Source of the DNA: an uncultured Actinomycetes bacterium
GTDB lineage: Bacteria > Actinomycetota > Coriobacteriia > Coriobacteriales > Atopobiaceae
Length of the DNA: 64,000 nucleotides
Assembly: GCA_900318935.1 (NCBI GenBank)
Contig: ONMP01000003.1
Span: 18,358 to 82,357, forward strand
Direction: 5' to 3'
The notes beneath the pieces are model-generated. The model worked only from the letters and a program-made list of their open reading frames with translations. It was not told the origin of the DNA and ran no database searches. A program made the translations under genes and the position numbers. Below, piece after piece: positions 58,402 to 64,000 of this stretch (the first letter of the stretch is position 1; the number at the start of each line of letters is the position of its first letter).

Positions 58402-58794
58402 ATCTCGCACTCGCGTGATTGTTGGGCTACGACGATCCTCCCCAGGCGTCGTGGACTGGTAGCATGAAGGGTGCCAGCGTTAGGCTGGCTTCAAGCAGCA
58501 GATAATAATGTTTGAGCGCTTGACGGTTCACAATCAGTCCTTCCCAATCGTCGCTAAGGACGCTAGCACAAGGTCGGCACCCCGTCAACCCTTCTTGCCG
58601 TCAGTTTTTCGGGAGGCTGGCCATACGAACGAGCGGAGTGTACCCATTCCAGTGCTGCATATGAGGGTGGCTCCAGATTCGCTCGTCCATTAGTCCGCTG
58701 TGAGTTTCGTGTCGTGCGTCATTGCTAGATGCTTGGTGGGTAATAGCTGCTACAGTACGTAACGCGTATCTTCCTTCAAACGAAAGGAGCGAAA

Positions 58795-59493
58795 ATGGAG
58801 AACGTGGTAACCGCAATATTCGAGGTCGAGAGCGAGGCCTACAAGGCGTTTTCCGAGATTCGTAGCATGCCCTTCGGTGATGGTTATGCAGTGGCCGAGG
58901 CGTCGTTGCTCAAGCGTGAGGGTGACGCAATCACAATCGTCGATGCGTTCGACGCTGCCGCCGTCACTGCTGATGACACGGCGACGGGTATGATGATGGG
59001 GTCGATTGTGGGCATCCTGGGAGGCCCCCTTGGCGTCATTCTTGGTGCGGGCACTGGAGCCCTTGTTGGTAGCACGTTCGACTCGATGGACGCCGTCGAC
59101 AGCGTCTCGATGCTCGAGGTCACCGCAGCCAAGCTGTATGACGGCGAGACTGCCATCATAGCGCTGGTCCAAGAGGACGAGCCCGCATTCGACGCTGCCT
59201 TTGCTGCTTATGAGACCACCATCATTCGTCATTTTGCCGTGGATGTAGCCAACGAGGTCGATCTCGCCCGCGAGGCCACAGCCGAGTTCGAGAACCAACT
59301 TCGTCAGCAGCTCCGCGCCGAGCGCAAGGCAGAGAGGGCCGAGAAACGCGAAGAGCGTAAGTCAAAGATCAAGGCCCACTTCGATGAGCTCAAGGCCAAG
59401 CGCGCCGAGCGCAAGGCTGCCTTTGATGAGGGCAAGGAAATCGCGAACGCACAGTTCACCTCCTCCACCAAGGAGATGCTGGGCACTGAGTAG
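58795..59493 (+). CDS. DUF1269-like glycine-zipper membrane protein with a charged coiled-coil tail
   Basis: SD aaaggag. The glycine zipper is GMMMGSIVGILGGPLGVILGAGTGALVG. The C-terminus is a Lys/Glu/Arg-rich helix. Confidence 0.6.
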   Translation: MENVVTAIFEVESEAYKAFSEIRSMPFGDGYAVAEASLLKREGDAITIVDAFDAAAVTADDTATGMMMGSIVGILGGPLGVILGAGTGALVGSTFDSMDAVDSVSMLEVTAAKLYDGETAIIALVQEDEPAFDAAFAAYETTIIRHFAVDVANEVDLAREATAEFENQLRQQLRAERKAERAEKREERKSKIKAHFDELKAKRAERKAAFDEGKEIANAQFTSSTKEMLGTE

Positions 59494-59530
59494 CGGCTGA
59501 GTGGGCTGATGCTTACTGAATAGCACTGAT

Positions 59531-59566
59531 GCGGGGCAACGGAGAAAGGACCTCCCGTTGCCCCGC
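59531..59566 (+). terminator. Intrinsic terminator after the 58795 gene
   Basis: gcggggcaacgg-N12-ccgttgccccgc followed by atttgcatt. Confidence 0.6.
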
Positions 59567-59726
59567 ATTTGCATTCACATGCCTTGGCTACGTTGGTCGG
59601 TCATCCGCGCCGGCGAGAACTCCTGCTCGTATGAGGGATCCTTGTTGGACTTTTGTTGGACAAGGCGGTTTATAGTCCGAAATGCTTTTAAGCAAATCAT
59701 TCGGCAAAACGAGCAAGGAGACTGAC

Positions 59727-60239
59727 ATGGGTCTGCTAGAGACATTTGAGCAAAACTGCCAAAACGCTGCAAAAACTGCGGAGGGAAGGCTCTTGTCGCT
59801 CGTGCATGACAACGAGGACACCGAGTATGGGCAGAAGTACGGCTTTTCTAGCATCAAGTCTCTCCAGGATTACAAGAGCGTCGTGCCCCTTACCGACTTT
59901 GACGACTATGCGACAGACGTTGACAGGATGCTTCATGGGGAGAAGAACGTCCTGACGGCCTACCCCCATCGCGTTCTACGCCCGTACGACCGGCACCGCT
60001 GGCTCGTCAAAGCTCATTCCCGTCAGGAGCTCTGCGATGTCCATGAGTTCTACGCTCACTTCATCGACGCGGGTGTTTTGGCGCCCATGAAGCTGATTCT
60101 GCTGCAGCCGCAGACCTACGCGCTGTATCGAGACATTCGGATCTGGAACGGGGCGAATCCAAACCAGCTGAAGCCGGTTCACGTGATCAACAACCTACGA
60201 AAGGAAGCGTTCTTCCAGGCTTTAAAGATGTATAGCTAG
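59727..60239 (+). pseudogene. GH3 (auxin-responsive-promoter/acyl-adenylate) family gene, frameshifted and truncated
   Basis: The N-terminus matches the GH3 family (DTEYGQKYGFSSIKSLQDYKSVVPLTDFDDY...GEKNVLTAYP). The adenylation motif FYARTTGTAGSSKLIPV is readable only in the +1 frame after the C5 run at 59963-59967. The ORF stops at ~170 aa, against my recollection of ~500 aa for the family. Confidence 0.6.
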
Positions 60240-60345
60240 ACTATATGCCGCGAAATTCCAAACGTCCCCCTGCCACCACCAGGGGGACGTTCTCTTATGC
60301 GTTAAAGAGCGGTTTCGTGTCTCTTTTCAATTGCTGATGGGTTGG

Positions 60346-60354
60346 TGTTATAAT
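60346..60354 (+). promoter_or_regulatory. Extended -10 element (TGtTATAAT) upstream of brnT
   Basis: gtgTTATAAT lies 33 nt upstream of the brnT ATG. Confidence 0.4.
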
Positions 60355-60386
60355 ATAGGTATATAGTAGCCATATTGGAGGTATAT

Positions 60387-60659
60387 ATGCGCTTCATATA
60401 CGACGAGGAGAAGAATAAGGCCAACCAAGAAAAGCATCACGTTAGCTTTGAGGAGGTCATTGAGATATGGCGCGACCCCAATCTCCTCGTCCTTCATGCG
60501 AGAAGGCGTGGAGAGAAGCGCCTGATGGCCATCGGACAAGCGTATTGCATGCTATATACAGTTATCCATACAAAGAGGGGCGACGCGATACGCATCATAT
60601 CGGCGCGACGGTCGACAGAAAGGGAGAGGAGAGCGTATGTGCGTAACAAGAACAACTGA
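60387..60659 (+). CDS. brnT: BrnT-family (DUF497) type II toxin
   Basis: MRFIYDEEKNKANQEKHHVSFEEV...RIISARRSTERERRAY. Confidence 0.8.
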   Translation: MRFIYDEEKNKANQEKHHVSFEEVIEIWRDPNLLVLHARRRGEKRLMAIGQAYCMLYTVIHTKRGDAIRIISARRSTERERRAYVRNKNN

Positions 60660-60894
60660 AGAAAATCTGCTTGAGCGTTTCGACGCTGGAGAAGACGTGC
60701 TCGACTATTTTGACATGGAGCGCGGGGAGCGACCCAATCTGGAGCTTAAGCGCGTGAACGTGGACTTTCCGACATGGATGGTTGAAGCCCTTGACGATGA
60801 AGCCAGAAGACTGGGCATCAACCGTCAGGCGGTAATAAAGACGTGGATTGCCGAGCGTCTCGATCGCGTGCGCGGTGTAGCTGCCATGCTCTGA
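60637..60894 (+). CDS. brnA: BrnA-family (CopG/RHH) antitoxin
   Basis: It overlaps brnT by 23 nt. The sequence reads RVNVDFPTWMVEALDDEARRLGINRQAVIKTWIAERL. Confidence 0.8.
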   Translation: MCVTRTTEENLLERFDAGEDVLDYFDMERGERPNLELKRVNVDFPTWMVEALDDEARRLGINRQAVIKTWIAERLDRVRGVAAML

Positions 60895-60976
60895 GAAGGG
60901 CGTGCCCGTGCTCGAAACTATCGGAAAAGGTCGCTGTGGCCATAGGCGATCCCCTGGATGCTGCGTGCGCTCGCGT

Positions 60977-61166
60977 TTAGTCACCTGCGGTGTCGCGCAG
61001 CTCCAGGGCAAGGATTGTAATGTCGTCTGACTGTTCGGCACCATCTGCCCATGTTGAGACGTCAGTGCGCAGTTCCTCGATGAATGCCTGCGGTCCGAGG
61101 GAGCGCATTCCCTCGGCAAAGGCGAGCAGGCGCTCATCACCGTATTGGCTTTCGCTTTTGTTTTCC
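60977..61166 (-). pseudogene. C-terminal remnant (~60 aa) of a SpoIIE/PP2C phosphatase
   Basis: The minus-strand translation is YGDERLLAFAEGMRSLGPQAFIEELRTDVSTWADGAEQSDDITILALELRD*. It parallels residues ~435-480 of the gene at 1..1887. An in-frame stop lies just upstream. Confidence 0.6.
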
Positions 61167-61294
61167 GGCTCGGTTACTCACAGGAGAGATATCGAAGGGG
61201 GATGGTCCCATACGCACATCTCCTCGGACAGTGGGATTCAAAGGCGTTATAGTTATGACATATGCAGCTACGCCAATCCAAGGAGGAACAACCC

Positions 61295-63414
61295 ATGTCA
61301 CATAGCATTGCCAGACGTATCCTGTCGTTTGCGCTGTCGCTCTCGACGGGGTCGCGGCGCCCGAGATCGGTGCGGCGCTGGACGGCACGGCGGAGGTCTC
61401 CGCAGACCCGAGCGTCTCGTGGGAGATTCCCGTCCTGTGGGTCCGCGACGACCTCTCGCTCGCCACTAAGGCTGAGGAGGGCAGGTCGTACCTGCCCGCG
61501 CTCGCGTTCTATGTTCCCGAGGGCTATGCGATTGAGGGCGATGCCTACCAGGTTTCCCTCTCCGACTCACTTACCGAGCTCTTCGGGGGCAATGAGATCG
61601 TCTCCGTCTACAACGCCGCCACGGCCGTCACCTACATCCTGCCCGCCTCGATCAGGGACTTCTTCGATGCGGTGCGGGGAGACGAGGCTGAGAGGCGAGC
61701 TGGCGAGGCGGCCGAAAGCTCTGCGGCGGCCGAAAGCTCTGCGGCGGCCGAAGGCCCTTCGGCAGACGTGAGTCCTGCGACGGCAGGCGCCTCAGACGAG
61801 TCCACACCGGAGGAGTGGCAGGGGCTCGGTGGCGACGATAGTGAGGACCAGCGGTCCACCGTCGGCGTTTATTGTGCCCAGACGGCAAAGGACAACTTCT
61901 CGGTCGAGGATCTGGAGTGGCTCATCGACCTCATTTTTGACAGGCTGGAGCCCCAGGCGGTCGAGCTGCTGCTCAACAGCTTTCCCGCGTTCCGCACCGC
62001 GTCCGAGAACGGCGAGATAGGCACGCAAATCGGGCTGTACATCTATTACTTAGAGGGCGACAAGGACGGCCTGTCAGAGCACGAGACCGCCTCACCCAGG
62101 TCACTCGCGTATGTTACGGACAAAGCTGTCAAGGAAGAGGACGTCTACAAGTACTGCTATTTGATGGCCGTGAACATAGACGATTTGGTGGTCACAGAGA
62201 ACGAAAAGCCCGTTCATGATGCGAACACGGGCAAGCTCGTTCTCTCGCGCGATGGGGAGAGCGTACGAAACCTGGAGAACACCTTAGTGCATGAGCTGTT
62301 CCACGCTTTCATGGATGACTACAACCGTACGGGCATGACTGGAGTACTAAAGACCAGTGACTACATTTTCGACAAAAATGGCGGGCTGATAGATAAGGAT
62401 GCGAATGACCGGTTTGCCAAGCTCGCATTTCCCAGCTGGTTCTTTGAGGGGTCGGCCTCTGCGGTGCAAAACGTCTATCAGTATCGCAAAGATGTCTTCG
62501 ACGGTTTGAGGACAAACACACAAGGCAAGTTGGATGACAACTATTCGAGGGGAACTCTTCTCGATAACTACCTCAACGGCAAGCTGAACGGCAAATCTGC
62601 CTATTACGACCTAGGCTTTTGCAGCGGTTACGATGGGGACAAAGAGATCGACAACACGCCGTCCGCTTATGTTTGCGGTTATCTGGCGACGCTATACCTG
62701 TCAGATTTGGTAAACATTAGAAACACTGGGTCTTCTGCCATCATCATAGAGAATGAAAAGATCGAAGGCGTATCCATGGAGAAGCTCTGCAAGGGACTAA
62801 ACGATGCCCTAGAGCGCATGCACAAGGGCGAAACACTTGACCAGGTTATAGCCGACGTCTCTCCCGTCGACGAGAATGGTGTCAAGTTGTACAAAGATAC
62901 GAGCGACTTCGAAGCCAAGTTCATAAAGGGGCCCGAAATCAGTCAGGCCAATGGCTTTACTCAATACTCAGGAGATGGCGACGAGAAGTCTGTCTCCTTC
63001 GTCGTGGACTATCTTAACTATGTGCTGTACGTGAACGAGCAAGAGGGCCGCTCCAACGAGACTAACGGATCGATTCTCTTCCCGATTGACGAGGACTTTG
63101 TTACTCCGCTCGACGCCACGAAGGAGTCGTCGTCGGAGTTCTACAAGATCGTGGGATCAAACAAGGCCGTCGAGTCGACGGTTCCCGACTCCGTGGCGTT
63201 TGCTGGCGGTGGCAAGTCAAATCCTGACGCGCCAGCGCAGTCCGCTGCGGAGGACACGACGGCCGGGCAGGACGTCGAGTCCTCGCAGCAGGCTGAGGCT
63301 GAGGAGAACGCATCGGTCGCGGCCGATAGCAATGTCAGCGCCGACGAGAGTCAGGGCTTTGAGCAGCCGTCATGCGTCAGCGCTGATGAGGTGGCTTCTC
63401 AGGACGTTTCCTAG
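61295..63414 (+). pseudogene. Secreted HEXXH (gluzincin-like) metallopeptidase-like protein, frameshifted just after the signal peptide
   Basis: SD AAGGAGGA, ATG at 61295 and signal peptide MSHSIARRILSFALSLSTG lie in one frame. From 61351 onward (VAAPEIGAALDG...) through LVHELFHAFMDDY...FFEGSASA to 63414 lies in another frame, with no start codon before GTG 61672. The switch is at the G4 run 61347-61350. Confidence 0.6.
61708..61753 (+). repeat. In-frame 18-bp tandem repeat, 2.5 units (AAESSA)
   Basis: gcggccgaaagctctgcg repeated. Confidence 0.85.
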
Positions 63415-63443
63415 ACGCTCGAAGAGATTGGCATCCGGCCTCA

Positions 63444-64000
63444 CTAGTCTGTGAGGCCGTCTACGTAGAACTCCTCCATGTCATCAAGCCTGAGTGCCGC
63501 GAGTCTGCCACCGTAGGCGCATCCGCAGTCGATGTCGATGCGCGCGTTGCCATAGGATTCGTTGCGCCAGATGCGACCGCTCTCGGTGGGGACGGTGCTC
63601 AACCACGTACCGTCGAGAGCGGTGTCAGCCTCGCGGGGACTACTGTACCAGCGGCGTTCCATCTCCATTTGTCGCGTGAGATAGACCGTGGGCGTGTGCC
63701 CAAATATCGTCACCATAGGAATGTCGCCGGTGTAGTCGTACCAGCCCTCGCGCGCCCAGATCATGTCTTGCTCCAGCTGCTTGCCGAAGCCGTGGCCCAC
63801 ATCCACCTGTTGTCTGTGCGCGAGCTTATCGGTCATCTGGTCGCACCAGAAGCGAGCCTTATCGTCCCATTCGCTCGGGTCGAATCCCGCGTGTACGAGC
63901 ATGAGCTCACGCTCGCCGACGGTTACCACGCTGTAAGGGGAGAGCTGCCTCAGCCAAGGGACGAGTACGTCGCGTCGCCAGTCGGGATCGGTGCGATTCA
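63444..64000 (-). CDS. Metallophosphoesterase (PrpE/ApaH-like Ser/Thr phosphatase family), 5' end outside the window
   Basis: It has LVHAGF and TIFGHTP. The C-terminus is IDCGCAYGGRLAALRLDD. The frame stays open to nt 64000. Confidence 0.7.
   Translation of the reverse strand, partial: NRTDPDWRRDVLVPWLRQLSPYSVVTVGERELMLVHAGFDPSEWDDKARFWCDQMTDKLAHRQQVDVGHGFGKQLEQDMIWAREGWYDYTGDIPMVTIFGHTPTVYLTRQMEMERRWYSSPREADTALDGTWLSTVPTESGRIWRNESYGNARIDIDCGCAYGGRLAALRLDDMEEFYVDGLTD

Noticed and set aside
58430-58510. Minus-strand stretch resembling the 3' part of RNase P RNA (CTGCTTGA-GCCAG...GTCCACGAC)
   Set aside because: The invariant ACAGAAxCCGGCTTA and GAGGAAAGTCCGG elements are absent and the available length is too short.
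58611-58680. 5S-rRNA-like words (GGCCATA..., CCCATTCC)
   Set aside because: The conserved GAACACGGAAGTTAAG-type core is missing and the helices cannot be drawn, so this is coincidental similarity.

Overview
A 64-kb, ~60% GC chromosomal segment with Gram-positive features: sortase-type surface proteins, strong AGGAGG-type ribosome-binding sites (SD) and ATGA/TGATG-coupled operons. Gene content suggests a Coriobacteriia-like gut actinobacterium, but that is inference only. Most of the window is core metabolism and signalling. It holds a complete rnfCDGEAB operon, two Gfo/Idh/MocA oxidoreductases, GGDEF and HD-GYP c-di-GMP enzymes, DegV, GH1 and GH5 glycosidases, Bcp, DinB, HtrA, HydF, RtcB next to tRNA-Leu(CAG), and a MATE pump. 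Mobile or decayed DNA includes an IS1634-family element with a ~354-bp target duplication, a BrnT/BrnA toxin-antitoxin pair, several frameshifted or truncated genes, and two ATPase gene cassettes each bracketed by a duplicated 3' end of the neighbouring gene. The main finding is at 37.06-46.67 kb. There a NifH-like ATPase and a fused two-domain nitrogenase-component-1-like protein are translationally coupled to a complete hypF-hypC-hypD-hypE set, followed by a third component-1-like paralogue. The window contains no [NiFe]-hydrogenase structural genes and no hypA or hypB. I know of no characterised system with this architecture. All product calls rest on motifs read from the supplied translations; no database search was possible. 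Many long ORFs in the track are GC-driven antisense shadows and were ignored.
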